From: Leucoraja erinacea
Taxonomy: Eukaryota
DNA: 64,000 nt
Direction of reading: 5' to 3'
Assembly (NCBI RefSeq): GCF_028641065.1
Contig: NC_073396.1
Coordinates: 372,001 to 436,000, forward strand
The position numbers were made by a program, and so were the translations under genes. This document shows, piece by piece, positions 1 to 13,460 of the stretch (the first letter of the stretch is position 1; the number at the start of each line of letters is the position of its first letter). The notes beneath the pieces are model-generated. The model saw only the letters and a program-made list of their open reading frames with translations. It did not search any database and was not told the origin of the DNA.

Positions 1-951
1 AACCATGTTCAAATTGATCTTTAAAATTAAAAAGGACTAAATGTTTTTTTTAACTGTCAATTTTGGCTAAAATCAATATTATTCATTAGAATTATTTGTT
101 CCAATACAGTCGACTGGTGAATATGAAACAGATGTTCACAGTGTAAGTATTTAGCATATGTAGAAGAAACACAAATATTTGATGAGATGAAGTTTCTATT
201 CAAGTGGAACGTAACACAGCCCTGGGCTCCACTAGCTCCTCTGACCATGAGTCCAATCCCCGTCCTCAGTTCCAGGACAGTAACATACTGCTTGATCCTA
301 ACTGGTTCTTGTCTGTATTACAAGAATTGTTTTTCTCCAGCCCTCATAATGCAGCCGACTCCATTACTTCCACTAATTCATGCTATCGTTCCCAGAGTTT
401 GTCAATCCCGCAGAAATTAAACATTGGCCAGAAAACCACCGGTTTCAATGTCTTTTAGAAACATAGAAACCAAGTCCCTTACCTGCACGTCCCATCCTTG
501 TCAAACTTCACAGGGAGTACCTCACTCACCCTGTGGGTAAAGAACCTGAAACTTAAACAGAGGGGCAGTGGTGGCTGGTGGGGTTGCGGCATCACCACAC
601 CACAGTCCCAGGTTCGATACTCATGTCCGGTGCTGTCTATGGTGTCCTGTGGGTGCTCGGACTTCCTCACAAAGCTGTGCGGATTGGTTGCTTAGCTGAC
701 CGCTGTAAATGACACCTCATATGGAGGCGAGTTGTAGTTTTTGGGAACAGTCAATGAGAATGTTGGGAGAGTAAAAACGGGATTAACGTAGGATTCGTGT
801 AAATAGGTGCCTGACTGGCCCCAGAGTCACAGAAACTGAGACTGATTCCGCGAGGCATGTCTCTATCACTCCATGAAGCATTATCTGTGACTAGAACAGT
901 ACAGACAGTCCAGCAGTCTGCATCCACCGGCATCCTAGCCGAGAGAATCGA

Positions 952-1663
952 GATTAGAGAGCGTCAGGATTAGAGAGCGTCAGGGTTAGAGAGCTGAGAT
1001 TAGAGAGCTGAGATTAGAGAGTGTCAGGGTTAGAGAGCTGGGATTAGAGAGCGCCAGGGTTAGAGAGCGCCAGGGTTAGTGAGCGCCAGGGTTAGAGAGC
1101 GCCAGGGTTAGAGAGCTGGAATTAGAGAGCGCCAGGGTTAGAGAGCGCCAGGGTTAGAGAGCGTCAGGGTTAGAGAGCTGGGATTAGAGAGCGTCAGGGT
1201 TAGAGAGCGTCAGGGTTAGAGAGCGTCAGGGTTAGAGAGCGCCAGGGTTAGTGAGCTGAGATTAGAGAGTGTCAGGGTTAGAGAGCTGGGATTAGAGAGC
1301 GCCAGGGTTAGAGAGCGTCAGGGTTAGAGAGCGCCAGGGATAGAGAGCGTCAGGGTTAGAGAGCGTCAGGGTTAGAGAGCGTCAGGGTTAGAGAGCTGAG
1401 ATTAGAGAGAGCTGGATTAGAGAGCGCCAGGGTTAGAGAGCGCCAGGGTTAGAGAGCATCAGGATTAGAGAGCGCCAGGGTTAGAGAGCGCCAGGGTTAG
1501 AGAGCTGAGATTAGAGAGCTGAGATTAGAGAGTGTCAGGGTTAGAGAGCGCCAGGGTTAGAGAGCGTCAGGATTAGTGAGCTGGGATTAGAGAGCGTCAG
1601 GGTTAGAGAGCGTCAGGGTTAGAGAGCGTCAGGGTTAGAGAGCGTCAGGGTTAGAGAGCTGGG
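952..1663 (+). repeat. Minisatellite with interleaved 16-bp (GGGTTAGAGAGCGYCA) and 14-bp (GATTAGAGAGCTGR) units
   Basis: Directly visible tandem array in notum2 intron 10. Confidence 0.95.
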
Positions 1664-2396
1664 ATGTTGAGTGGGCCCCAGGATGGAGTAAAGGTGCAAT
1701 ATTTCCCCAGATCTGATCTCCAGTGCGACCCATATCTCTGCGTACTTCAGTTAGATGGCAACTCTCTGAGGAACCTGCAGCTGCATGTTAGTGCACTGCT
1801 GCTCTCTGTAGAACCTGCAGCCAGCTATCTATCTGTCAGTATGATGCAGTTGTTACAGAGCAGTCGTTAGATATCAGTGCGATCAGACTATTTCTTTAAC
1901 AGAGCTAATTTCCTAAACTACATTTTCAGTGTGAAAGACCTGTCAGATTGAACGAATATTCAAGTCTATAAATCAGGAGCAAACTAATAAATGTGCCGTA
2001 AATATCTGGCTGCGGGATTGTTCTCTGAGAAGGAAGAATTTATCACAATGTTACGTAATGTAGATTAATTTATGCTTCATAAGATCATTGGTTATCTAAC
2101 TTTAATGAGATAATTATTCATGGAATTTAAAAATGACCCATAGTCAAAAGATTTAAAAATAGCCGCACGATTGCTCCCTCTGTCCATCAGCATCACTGGA
2201 AGCAAGGCAGATGTGGGCAGAAGTGTACAGATGTGGTGGATGTGGGCAGAAGTGTACAGATGTGGGCAGGCGAACGCACAGATGAAATGTGTAAACACTC
2301 GATGCATGGTTTAATGAGCTAATGATCAAATGTGGAATACCAGCCAATAACACTTTATAAATATCTTTCAAATTGTTTAACATGTTAATACTTTAC

Positions 2397-2444
2397 CTCT
2401 TGGAGATCAAGGTATGTGACAGACATGCTGGGGCAAACACCGCT
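2397..2444 (-). CDS. notum2: Notum2-like exon 10 (AVFAPACLSHTLISK, catalytic His); terminal exon not found in window
   Basis: 48 nt, cag/gtaaag, FAPACLSH motif. No CWDRSL or CPWPHCNP-like exon seen in 1-2396, so the last exon is probably left of position 1. Confidence 0.93.
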
Positions 2445-4573
2445 CTGAAATGCAAATTAATTGAATTATCAACGACATTAAGCAATAAACTAAGGCATAA
2501 TACCCACATTTATGAACCGCTTATACTGATTTCTGAGCCGTCTTGTGTCATTTGAATATTGTGTATTCTATCTTCATCTTTTAACGTTAACTTATCCTTT
2601 TACTATTTTCTAGCTTGGGAACATTTTTCTTTCAAATCTCAGCAACAGCAAATAACAATTTAATAGGTGTTTGTTAAATGTTGTTTAGAATATTTTGTAC
2701 TTGTTCATTGCTGTTTGACTGAGTCTCAACAAGGACGCGATCAATGTTGAACGTATAATCCAAGCTGACAATTCATCATCGCACCCGGTGCCTCATTGTT
2801 GAAGGAGACATTCTTCAGATGGGAATGTGAAACTGCCCCTGACCTTCCTATTCTCTTGCTTTAAGTGGATGTAACAGGTCCCACGCCATCACACTAAAGG
2901 TCAGCAGCTTCTTACAGTTTCCTGGATAACCTCGCCCTTAAATATCTGTAAAAAACAGATTGGTTGATCATTTCTATGTCGCTGCTGGCACACAATGATC
3001 ACCAATCAATGTCAGAATAACAGCAATCATTGTGCTTCACAATACGAAATGCTTTGGGAATTCACACTGAGAAAGGACAAGGTGAATGTAAATGTAATGT
3101 CTATTGTAGCTGGGACTGTGAATGTTTCATGCTGCGTACGTACGGATCCTGGGGGTTTGGGAAGACTACAGTCGTATTTTAGATTTTAATGATGATGAAA
3201 TAGTTCCCAGATTCTGCTGCCTCTTTGATGCAGATAATCTGACTGAAGTAAAGCATGGAAAGGGTTTTGATGTGTTACCTTTTCTTAACATGTTCTTTAT
3301 TATTATTTCCAGTCGCTATAAATCTATTATTCACAGATACCGTTGAAATGTTTAATACATTTATGACATTTCTCTGTTTTCTTTTCAATAAATAGATTGA
3401 ACAACTAATTAGGAGAGCAATAAGGCATGGACATCATAAACACTGCACCATTTTGTAGAATCTTTGGTTTTATCTCGGGGGTTTTTTGTCTTATTCTTCT
3501 GCCTTGAAACCAATTTGATGAGAAGATTTATTTAGAGCAACGGAAGATGAAATTTGTTCCAGCCACTTATCAACTCGTGAAACTTATACCAGTCACAATT
3601 ATATCTGTACTAAACAAGGACAAATGTGTTTAAAACTCCAAATGTTAAATTCTGACTTTTCTGTGTACTTTGAGAATGATGTTGATAATATGACCACCCC
3701 CTCCCCATATTATTATTTGTTAAGATTGAACACCAAATCATCTGTCGATGCTGATAACAGTGTATTCTCAATCCATTTTGGGACATACTGCCGTTATATT
3801 TATTATTATTATTATTATTATTAAATCTTTGAAAATGTTGGCAACACAATGGTGCTGGTTTCTGACGGGCCGTTATATAATGAGCAACAAACATGGCATT
3901 TTTCATGGTTTCTCTGATAAAATAATATTAATTTACATCATTACCAACTCTGTCTGCCTACGATGAGTTTGCCAATATCAATGTTGCCTTAATCTTAAGC
4001 AGATGAATCATGTTCCAATAGTCTCAGACTGCAATAACAGGAGGTTTAAGATCCTTCCCTTTCTGAGTGAAGAGTTTATTGCCGTTTCTTTCTCAAAGAG
4101 AATTTCAGTTGCAAATTTCCAAATAAATGCCAGAAGTGGTACATAGATATTCTCAGTGAAAGGATTGTCACGATATGTCATCTGCGTTTCTGCTTGTTCA
4201 GTGTGTTTATGACTCTGCATTTGGCATTATATAAAGGTGCTGACATATTCTCGGGACACCAATTTCATCAAAAAAATGCAGGTCATTGTTCCAAGTGAAA
4301 CTTGGCAATATTGATTTTCCAAAATTAAGGTATATAAGGGTCAGGAACTATAAATAAACGTTCCTATTAACGCTCAGCGGCGATTTGAGTCCCATCTGAT
4401 GAAACTCTGCTGTCGATCACATTTGGTTTTGTGGAAGGGATTGCAAATTTAAACAGTAGCTCCTCCTAAAACAAAACATTGACTTGCTTAGGTGAAGTAT
4501 GTTGAAGGATTTGTCCTCTCGCCCTTATTCCATCATGTACAAAGACAGTATTTTAAAATCATAATTCACTTAC

Positions 4574-4721
4574 GATACATCTCGCAGAGAATTTCTGAGG
4601 TCTCTGCCCAAATTCTGGATGTAGTTCCACTGGCTCTCTGTCAGTGAATGGCTTCCCAGTTGAATATTCTCCATTTTCAGCTGTTCTTCATCAAAGAGCC
4701 ACTGCACCACAAACACTGGGG
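4574..4721 (-). CDS. notum2: Notum2-like exon 9 ([14 protein letters not shown]...[14 protein letters not shown], catalytic Asp)
   Basis: 148 nt, cag/gtaagt, [11 protein letters not shown] motif. Confidence 0.95.
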
Positions 4722-4804
4722 CTGAAAGGGAAAACTCCATGTTAAGGTGCCTGACCTAAACATACAAGAATTCATAGATTCATTATGTTCACAGTTCTGT
4801 TTAC

Positions 4805-4905
4805 ATTTTAGTGTTGGATAAATCCGGTAGCCAAAGAAACACTGCCACTCATCGCCCCGTCTGAACAGCTGCCTGCATCGTTCAGGAATAACGGCGTTCC
4901 ACAAC
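4805..4905 (-). CDS. notum2: Notum2-like exon 8 (LWNAVIPERCRQLFRRGDEWQCFFGYRIYPTLK)
   Basis: 101 nt, cag/gtaaac, conserved EW.CFFGY..YPTL. Confidence 0.95.
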
Positions 4906-5374
4906 CTGCACAGAAACCTTTCGTTAGCTCCACGTACATCACTTCACAATCTTATTTCATATTTTGAATCAAACAGATTAAGCAATATTTGTTTCAACTA
5001 TTTTAAACTTTTTTTCAAAAATAACATTTTCCTAAACAATTGTTATTCAAATATCTCATAAATTTTAGACGTAAAATTGAAATTCCTCAACATTTCTGTG
5101 GTTAAAATCTCAAGACCAACAAAGTATAAAGACATTGGTGCGTGATGTCTGTCAGAGATGCTGCTCCTCCAGCGCTGACCACTGGGGAAGCCTGGCACTG
5201 CTACAATGCCCATTGCTGTGTACAATCAGGGGAAGGCCTGGTCTCCCTGCAGTAGGACGGGTGGCATGAAACTGCAAAAGGTGCACAAGGATGTCACTGA
5301 TTTGTTGCCTTGCTGTTGAAGGAACCAATCACCTCAAGCACCAGACGTCAGTTTTGGTGAGCAGCCACAAGCAG

Positions 5375-5778
5375 TTGGGCAGCTCATGTCTACACCAGAC
5401 CAGTGGGCAGCTTGTGTCTACACCAGACCAGTGGGCAGCTCCAGACCAGTGGGCAGCTCCAGACCAGTGGTCTACACCAGACCAGTGGGCAGCTTGTGTC
5501 GACAACAGACCAGTGGGCAGCTTATGTCTACACCAGACCAGTGGGCAGATTGTGTCTACACCAGACCAGTGGGCAGCTCCAGACCAGTGGGCAGCTCATG
5601 TCTACACCAGACCAGTGGGCAGCTTGTGTCTACAACAGACCAGTGGGCAGCTTGTGTCTACACCAGACCAGTGGGCATTCATGCTCCAGACCAGTGGGCA
5701 GCTTGTGTCTACACCAGACCAGTGGGCAGCTTGTGTCTGCACCAGACCAGTGGGCAGCTTGTGTCTGCATCAGACAGT
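5375..5778 (+). repeat. Minisatellite, 28-bp unit AGCTTGTGTCTACACCAGACCAGTGGGC with an 18-bp variant
   Basis: Directly visible; explains ORFs 5291-5868. Confidence 0.95.
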
Positions 5779-6569
5779 GGATTAGAATGTGTTTCTGCTG
5801 CGTACTGTACCCCCCTAGTGAGGAATGAGCACAAGCTTGTTTCCTGCAAGCGTTGGTCCCTAGAGTAAAACAATTTCCAGACCCTTTCAATGTTAAAATA
5901 GACTATTCTACTGTCTGTACATTCTACTGAATAACATCTCATTCTGGATGACACTTGGCAATGGTGATACCCACATCCAAACACAGTCTCTTTCTCCTGT
6001 GGTAAATTTCATTAATTCTCTTAACTAACTGTTTGAACATTACATGTCCATTCCCTCCACAGATGCTGCCTGGACACAAGTTTATATTTTGCTCAGGTTT
6101 GCAGCATCTGCAGGCTTGTGTCTCCACTAGACGTTTGGTTCTCTCCCTCCTCTGCTCACAAACTTTCTTCTTGCTATTGCGAGCTCTGTCGTCCATTCTC
6201 CTTTCATTCCCATCAACACCGGCTGGGACAGAGGGCGGAGATCAGCTGTGACACCAGCAAGGACCTGGGATATTTGTTAGAAAGTTGTGTTTTTCTGGGC
6301 GAATTTAACGAACAAGAAGTCAAAGTGAGCTATGTTTCTATGTTTCTATGTATTAGAAGTACCCAATGTGCCATCTTCATTTTCACTCTGCTTGCTTTAA
6401 AACACAACATTTGCCTTGAGAAGCCTGCCCTGTGATCCAGAGTGTCCTCACCATATTAAACATGTAATTAACCATATACTTTCTGGAATCATTGTTACTT
6501 GCCTGTGTTTAAATCCACTCATATTGCTCCTCATCACATAATTTCCTCCCCAACCCAGTTTGTAATACC

Positions 6570-6805
6570 AATAACCATATATATAATTCTGGAATCATCT
6601 CGGCCCTGTTACTTTTTTTCCACTTGACCTGCCTGCATATAAGTTTAAATCCAACCTTCTCATATATGCCTATCTAATTTTTGATATACCACTGCCTCCA
6701 CCACTTCCACTGGAAGCTCATTCCACACCGATACCACTCTCTGAGTAAAGAAGTTCCCCCTCATGTTACCCCTAAACTTCTGTCCCTTAATTCTGAAGTC
6801 ATGTC
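6570..6805 (-). mobile_element. Deleted CR1-type LINE 3' fragment
   Basis: 6703-6804 is nearly identical to about 13058-13159 of the CR1 copy; shares the ataaccat tail. Confidence 0.7.
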
Positions 6806-6874
6806 AGAGATCACATCAGTGACCAATGGGAGAGGTGGGAAGACGATACATGTTGCTGCAGTTTGTTGCTTTAC

Positions 6875-7063
6875 CGGAGTCCTTTTTTAATGACGTAGTT
6901 GGGGCTGCAGGAGGTCACATCAGTGCATTCATTCTGGCGAGGCTGTTTATTGTCCAGGAACCAGCCAGAGTCCACCAGCCCCCGCACCTGGACATCAGCA
7001 CCCAGCTGTGTGAGTAGGTTGGCGATACGTTCAATGTTCAGCATCACTCCAGTCCCACCAGCA
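6875..7063 (-). CDS. notum2: Notum2-like exon 7 ([41 protein letters not shown]...KKGLR)
   Basis: 189 nt, cag/gtaaag, completes GTSAGG nucleophile elbow, VRGL.DSGWFLD motif. Confidence 0.95.
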
Positions 7064-8892
7064 CTGAAACAAACACACTGTTAAGGCACGCACTTTATAC
7101 GTCACTACTAATGGGGTCTGCCCTGACAATGCAAGGTCCAGGTCTCTATTTTTGTCAATCTTCTTTCCATTAACACTGCTCAGTTAATAATTACATCAAG
7201 TGTACTGTGGAATCCTGCATACAATCTTGGCATCTACTAAATTTCACATTGATTCCAAAAGACCTTCAAACTGTCCAATTCAGGAAAATCTTCTGTTTAT
7301 TTCCTCTTCAAATTCACAAAGAAAGTTTATAATTGTTTAAAATGCAACAAGCTGCAGCCATGGAGTCAAAGAGTCTTGTGTGTGCGTTAATGAATCAGGA
7401 ATCATCAAAGTTGGGCTAGACTTTGGGCACATGCTTGCAACCCCCTTCACACTGAGCAACAGGACCCATTGCACCAGGATAGCAGGACTTCACCTCCTGA
7501 GACGCGAGACTGGAGGAAAGCTTTGCTTGCATTGACAGAGGCAGGAGTGGGAGCAGATTGAGGGAATGTTGTCTTTACCCAAAACACAGATTCAAAACCC
7601 AGTAAATTCCAAGATGCTTGCCCAGAACTAACGCTGGAACTATGGATGTAAAATTAAAACATTCTGTGTTTTCATCAACGTCTGAAATAGCAGGAAATCT
7701 GGAGGGGGGGAAAATCAAATTAATTAACCATCATAAATAGATCTGAGAACTTGGATTGTTACTTTTTCTAATTTTCCAAGTGAATAAGGTTGACTTCCAA
7801 AATGTCCCTCTAAGCATTAATTTATATTTAATGTTGCCATGAATGTATATTTAATTACAAATTAAAGCATATTTAGCATTTGTGATTCATTGGCATCTGC
7901 TGAGAGCAGGTAAGAGGGGGATATGTAGGGTTTTGGGGGATATGTAGGGTCAGTCGGGGTACAGCATAGACCGGGTGGATAACTTCACTGCTACACGGCC
8001 CATCATTTTATTTTATCCTTACAACAAGTGATTGATCCTCCATTGTCTGCTTTGTACTCTGTCAAAGTTCATTTATTTCCCCGGGGATGTCCAGTCCAGA
8101 CCTAAAGAGTTGTTATACATCTGATAAAATGAAATCTGTGGCTAGACACACATCCCCAGACAGTGGCAGTGACTACAGTGTTGTACAGCAAATATCCAAA
8201 ATAGGTTATAGGCCCAACAATTAAAATGTCAATTGCTGAAGTTTGATTTTATCCCGGCAAGTAATGGCATGTTTCATTCTACATCCCTTGCTCATATTTT
8301 TCCGATAACATTGTTCAGATCGCTGGACGTGTGGAAGTAGATTAAACGAGGCACGTTGAGGATCAGGTCGCACAGCAGATTAGAACAAAAGATAGACACA
8401 AAAGGCTGGAGTAACTCAGCTGGACAGGTGTAAACCAGCATCTGCAATTCCTTCTTACAGGGTAGAACTAAATCCTTTCCTCAGTCTACAAGCAGAGCAA
8501 CACATTAGAGTCCAACTGTTTGACAGCAAAGTGATGCACATGTTCACCCTGAGGTGGGGAGACAGAGGCATGGGGTGCACTCACTCGGGTCACTCCACAC
8601 GGCTCATTTACACTGACCAATTATGAAGCAAGATTGACAGTTTGAGGAGAACTAGTCTATTCTACATCGCTCTTGTATTGTTTCTCATTAGACGGCAGAG
8701 AAAGAGAAAGATACTAGTCTGCAGTGAATAACAGGGACTTCTAGCAACTTGTTCATGGCATATTTGATGCATTTGATGCTTGAACTTAGCATATGATAAG
8801 TTTGCATTTTATCACCATCATGATGATGAAATACTGGCATTCAAAAGATTCCACATTGATTATGCTTACTAATATACCCAGCTCTGATTAGG

Positions 8893-9162
8893 CAAGGCAA
8901 GTTTATTTGTATAGCACCTTCCAACAACAATGTAATTCAAAGTGCTTTACATAAAACGTTATAAGCATTGGAAAGAAACACATATGAAATGACATTTAGA
9001 TGTAAAATGATTATTAGATTATTCAGATAAAATAATTAAAAAATTAAAAGCAATCAAATAAAATATTTAAAATAGAATAAAACCAGGAATAGAAGTTACA
9101 GTGCAATATAGGTAATTAATAAATGGTATTGTTTACTGAAAGGCAGCGGCAAACAGATTAGT
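8893..9162 (-). mobile_element. L2-type LINE/SINE 3' end
   Basis: Reverse complement of tgtaaagcactttg...gtgctatacaaataaa followed by (cttgc)n tail. Confidence 0.55.
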
Positions 9163-9307
9163 NNNNNNNNNNNNNNNNNNNNNNNNNNNNNNNNNNNNNN
9201 NNNNNNNNNNNNNNNNNNNNNNNNNNNNNNNNNNNNNNNNNNNNNNNNNNNNNNNNNNNNNNNNNNNNNNNNNNNNNNNNNNNNNNNNNNNNNNNNNNNN
9301 NNNNNNN
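9163..9307. other. Assembly gap (145 N) in notum2 intron 6
   Basis: N run. Exons 6 and 7 join in frame (GTS|AGG), so no canonical coding exon is lost in the gap. Confidence 0.99.
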
Positions 9308-9704
9308 CAAGGTTTCAAAGTCAGTTTATGTCACATGAACCAATTAAGGTTCAGTGAAATTAGAGTTTCCATACAGCCATACAAAGTGAAAAGCAACAAG
9401 ACACAGCCACATAAAACATAAACATCCATCACAGTGGACCTTGCACATGATCAATGCCCACCACTCCCATCACCAGGTGCCCACCACTCCCTACCACCAC
9501 ACTACAGGTCCCCCTCCTCTGCACCTCCTCAGATACAGTGGACATGGTTCAGTCTTCTATGGGCAGTGGCTCTGTTGTGCAATCTAACCCAGCTAATGGC
9601 TCCTCCTCTCCCATCTGGGTGGTTGCTGAGTGGGGTACAGGCAGAAACAATACAAATGAAGTAAACTTGGCAGAGCTTCATTGTGCTGAGATCACCAAGT
9701 CATA

Positions 9705-9870
9705 GAGACAGACTGCACTGGGGCCTTGCAGCTCAGACACACCCATCATGGTGACAGACTGCACTGGGGCCCTTCATGGTGACAGACTGCACTGGGGCCT
9801 TGCAGACTGCACTGGGGCCTTGAGCTCAGACTCACCCATCATGGTGACAGACTGCACTGGGGCCTTGTAG
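9705..9870 (+). repeat. Short imperfect tandem repeat (GACAGACTGCACTGGGGCCTT core, 5 copies)
   Basis: Directly visible. Confidence 0.85.
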
Positions 9871-10094
9871 CTCACTCACCCTGCTTCCTGCTTCCTAGCT
9901 TCAACACTGGGACAATTATTTTAAAAAAGCATGGAAAATTACGTCTGAACCAAAGAGAAATTGAAAGTAATCTTGTCGGTCTAGTTACAATGAATTTGAA
10001 AGATCATTAATAAAATAGAAATTGCCATATATAGGTACTTTCAATGTGAATATCTGGTGGCTTTAGAATGTATTACAAGGCGTGTTCAGGAACT

Positions 10095-10173
10095 GCCACT
10101 GTCCACAGCAGTGTTGCAGCCACTGTCCACAGCAGTGTTGCAGCCACTGTCCACAGCAGTGTTGCAGCCACTG
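10095..10173 (+). repeat. 24-bp tandem repeat GCCACTGTCCACAGCAGTGTTGCA, about 3.3 copies
   Basis: Directly visible; explains ORFs 10068-10316 and 10082-10306. Confidence 0.95.
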
Positions 10174-10506
10174 TGACGGTGATGTCACCTCCTTTCAACT
10201 ACATTGCTCTCTCTCCTCACTGGAACAAGATGCGAGCTGGGGTTCTGCTCCCCCACATGGAGAACCTCAGGCACCGATCGCTCAGCAGATGGAGGAGACT
10301 CACTGAGAACCAATAGCAACATCTTTAACTTTTACAATAAAAGACCATAACTTGTTAATTGCCGATTCCACCCTCGTGTAATTCAGGAGCAGGTAATGAA
10401 AATTGATCAAATTATTCATTTTAAATAAACACCAGCACCTTTAGGAAATATATTCAAATATCTTCCTTTAATTTACTTTTTTATTAAAAATAACTATCGT
10501 ACTGAC

Positions 10507-10609
10507 CTGGTTCCAGCAAGCATGACAATCTTTGCCAACTTAATGCCCTTGGGGACTAAATCTTTAATTACTTCCCTCAGAATCAACGAACCCATGAATG
10601 CATAGTCCG
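10507..10609 (-). CDS. notum2: Notum2-like exon 6 ([34 protein letters not shown])
   Basis: 103 nt, cag/gtcagt, YAFMG motif; ends inside the catalytic Ser codon (AG|T) of GxSxG. Confidence 0.95.
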
Positions 10610-10691
10610 CTGGAAAGGAAATGCTCCAGTTAATGTACAGAAATAATCACTTTCTCTTCCCAATGTGTCAAAGGAGGGCATTGAGATGTAC

Positions 10692-10750
10692 CTTGACGGG
10701 CCTTTGGTGCAGTTCCACTCCATACGTCACTTGAACAGTAAGGTACAATG
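10692..10750 (-). CDS. notum2: Notum2-like exon 5 (IVPYCSSDVWSGTAPKARQ)
   Basis: 59 nt, tag/gtacat, conserved PYCSSDVWSG. Confidence 0.95.
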
Positions 10751-11104
10751 CTATTTCATGGAAGACAGAGATAAGCGAGTATGTTAAGAAGTATCATTTA
10801 GATTCATTCTTTCCACATCATATATAAAAGATCCCTGTGTGCAGGTCACAGTTTCATGCTCCTGGATGTGTATACTGTAAACCGTGCATGCTGAGACCAA
10901 GCTCAAGTTGACTGGTGGCAAACAAACTGGACTAACAATAACTTGCATTTATATTGCAGCTAAAACAGTACAAAGCATCAGGGAAAAGTCACCAACGCAA
11001 AACAAACAAAAATAGCAGATGTAGAATGAAATGGAAATTTTAAAGAGAGGGTGGAGGCGGAGAGCTTCATGGAGGGAAGTACAGAGACCAGAGGCCTGAA
11101 AAAA

Positions 11105-11468
11105 GTGGGTCAGGCAGCATCAAACTGGAGTAACTCAGCGGGTCAGGCAGCATCTGTGGAGGACATGGATAGGTGACGTTTCACAGAGTGCTGGAGTAAC
11201 TCAGCGGGTCAGGCAGCATCTGTGGAGGACATGGATAGGTGACGTTTCACAGAGTGCTGGAGTAACTCAGCGGGTCAGGCAGCATCTGTGGAGAACATGG
11301 ATAGGTGACGTTTCACAGAGTGCTGGAGTAACTCAGCGGCTCAGGCAGCATCTGTGGAGAACATGGATAGGTGACGTTTCACAGAGTGCTGGAGTAACTC
11401 AGCGGATCAGGCAGCATCTGTGGAGAACATGGATAGGTGACGTTTCAATTCCGGGCCCTCCTTCAGAC
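11105..11468 (-). repeat. 66-bp tandem array (5 units) derived from a Penelope-type 3' end
   Basis: Units start at 11125, 11191, 11257, 11323 and 11389; ends in a degenerate CTGAAG..GAAACGTC core on the minus strand. Confidence 0.9.
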
Positions 11469-12232
11469 ACTATTCCCAGACTTGGTCACTGATGGTAAAT
11501 CGATTAACTTGGGGATGAGTCCTTACATGAGGAAGTTGCAGCCCCAGGGAGGAGAGAGAAGTCAAGAGTTGAAGTCATAGCCGAGACCCATCTCTTAATC
11601 AGGAGCTAATGTACGTCAGTAAACACAAAAATAATAAATGAATGAAAGGTGGTGCAGAGTTTTGGATGGGCTTGTGTTTATGTTGGACAGAGCGAGAGGG
11701 GAATTTCAGAACAACACTAGAATTGTCCACAGACATGGGGAGTCGCCAGAACTTTCATTGGATGTCTATTCCTTCATAGGGGAGAAAGTGTGGATAAGCT
11801 CATCTCTAAGTTTCTTTACATTTGCCATTTTTTAAATTCAAATAACCAAGAAGTATTCTCCCACTGAACTTGCCTTTACAGATAACCAATCTTCATGGAG
11901 TATTTCAGCAACCCCGCCCACACTTACAACAGGAACGTGCATCAGAGTATCTGCTGCTTGGACAAAGCTCATCAATAGAAGAGTCAGCTGATTCAAACTC
12001 TGATCTCATTCTCACAAATGTGCTAAATGCAAAAGTGGCTGTTTTTCAGAAATGTCGATATAAAGGTTTTCAGGATGTGAACCATTTGCAGAGAGATCGA
12101 TGGTCACACGGAAACTAGGAAACTATTGGAGTTGGTAATTTGCTGCATAAAATAAACCAAACGATCCCATTTAGGGCACAGCAATTATTTAAAGCTGAGT
12201 GCCTATGATGAAGACATTTAATTAATAGTAAG

Positions 12233-12455
12233 TCTGAGGGGTAACCTTTTCACACAGAGGGTGGTGGGTTTACAGTTGAGGCTGGGACTATCCCAACGTT
12301 TAAGAAACAGTTAGACAGGTACATGCATAGAGCATGTTTGGAGGGATATGGACCAAGCGCAGGCAGGTGGGACTAGTGTAGCTGGGACATGTTGGCCGGT
12401 GTGGCAAGTTGGGCCGAAGGGCCTGTTTCCACACTGTATCACTCTATGACTCTAA
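12233..12455 (+). mobile_element. CR1-type LINE 3' end
   Basis: ORF2 C-terminal remnant (ctgaggggtaacctttt cacacagagggtggtg) and 3'UTR gggccgaagggcctgtttcc with (actctatg) tail. Confidence 0.8.
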
Positions 12456-12544
12456 GTCCAAGAGGGAAAAATAAAAAGCACAGCCTGAAAATCAGCAAGT
12501 TGACAACTTTGGTCATGATGAATTAGCCCTGTTCCAGTAACCAT

Positions 12545-12816
12545 GGGGGCCGTGTGATGGGGCCGTGTGATGGGGCCGTGTGATGGGGGCGTGTCCGTGT
12601 GGTGGGGGGTGGCGTGTGGTGGGGGCATGTGATGGGGCCGTGTGATGGGGGCGTGTCCGTGTGATGGGGCCGTGTGATGGGGCCGTGTGATGGGGGCGTG
12701 TCCGTGTGATGGGGCCGTGTGATGGGGGCGTGTGATGGGGGCGTGTCCGTGTGATGGGGGCCGTGTGATGGGGGCGTGTGATGGGGGCGTGTGATGGGGG
12801 CGTGTGATGGGGCCGT
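12545..12816 (+). repeat. G-rich minisatellite (GGGGCCGTGTGAT / GTCCGTGT)
   Basis: Directly visible; same motif family as 13716-15700. Confidence 0.95.
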
Positions 12817-12879
12817 GCTTTATTCGCCCTTATTATTACTTCCACGTACACAGCCATCAGAGACCACATTTTGCATTTC

Positions 12880-13460
12880 CATATAACCATATAACAATTA
12901 CAGCACGGAAACAGGCCATCTCGGCCCTACAAATCCGTGCCGAACAACTTTTTTTAGTCCCACCTGCCTGCACTCGTACCATAACCCTCCATTCCCTTCT
13001 CATCCATATGCCTATCCAATTTATTTTTAAATGATACCAACGAACCTGCCGCCACCACTTCCACTGGAAGCTCATTCCACACCGCTACCACTCTCCGAGT
13101 AAAGAAGTTCCCCCTCATGTTACCCCTAAACTTCTGTCCCTTAATTCTGAAGTCATGTCCTCTTGTTTGAATCTTCCCTATTCTCAAAGGGAAAAGCTTG
13201 TCCACATCAACTCTGTCTATCCCTCTCATCATTTTAAAGTCCTCTATCAAGTCCCCCCTTAACCTTCTGCGCTCCAGAGAATAAAGACATAACTTATTCA
13301 ACCTTTCTCTGTAACTTAGTTGTTGAAACCCAGGCAACATTCTAGTAAATCTCCTCTGTACTCTCTCTATTTTGTTGACATCCTTCCTATAATTGGGCGA
13401 CCAAAATTGTACATCATACTCCAGATTTGGTCTCACCAATGCCTTGTACAATTTTAACAT
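12880..13460 (-). mobile_element. 5'-truncated CR1 LINE (ORF2 C-terminus still open, plus 3'UTR)
   Basis: ORF 12954-13460: LYKALVRPNLEY.VQFWSP...ERVQRRFTRMLPG...TRGH...FFT.RVV..WN.LP. Confidence 0.95.

Noticed and set aside
1-950. Possible terminal notum2 exon
   Set aside because: No minus-strand frame with the expected LHCWDRSL or CPWPHCNP-like motifs was found by eye.
952-1663. Possible interstitial telomeric repeat
   Set aside because: Contains AGGGTTAG but no (TTAGGG)n run; it is a 14/16-bp minisatellite.
5291-5868. Overlapping 141-164 aa ORFs
   Set aside because: 28-bp tandem repeat that is open in all three frames.
10082-10306. Cys-rich metallothionein-like peptide (CSHCPQQC repeats)
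   Set aside because: Product of a 24-bp tandem repeat antisense within a notum2 intron; no other support.
11125-11447. CRISPR-like appearance of the 66-bp arrays (also 23752 and 49520)
   Set aside because: Units are contiguous with no unique spacers, there are no cas genes, and the context is vertebrate.
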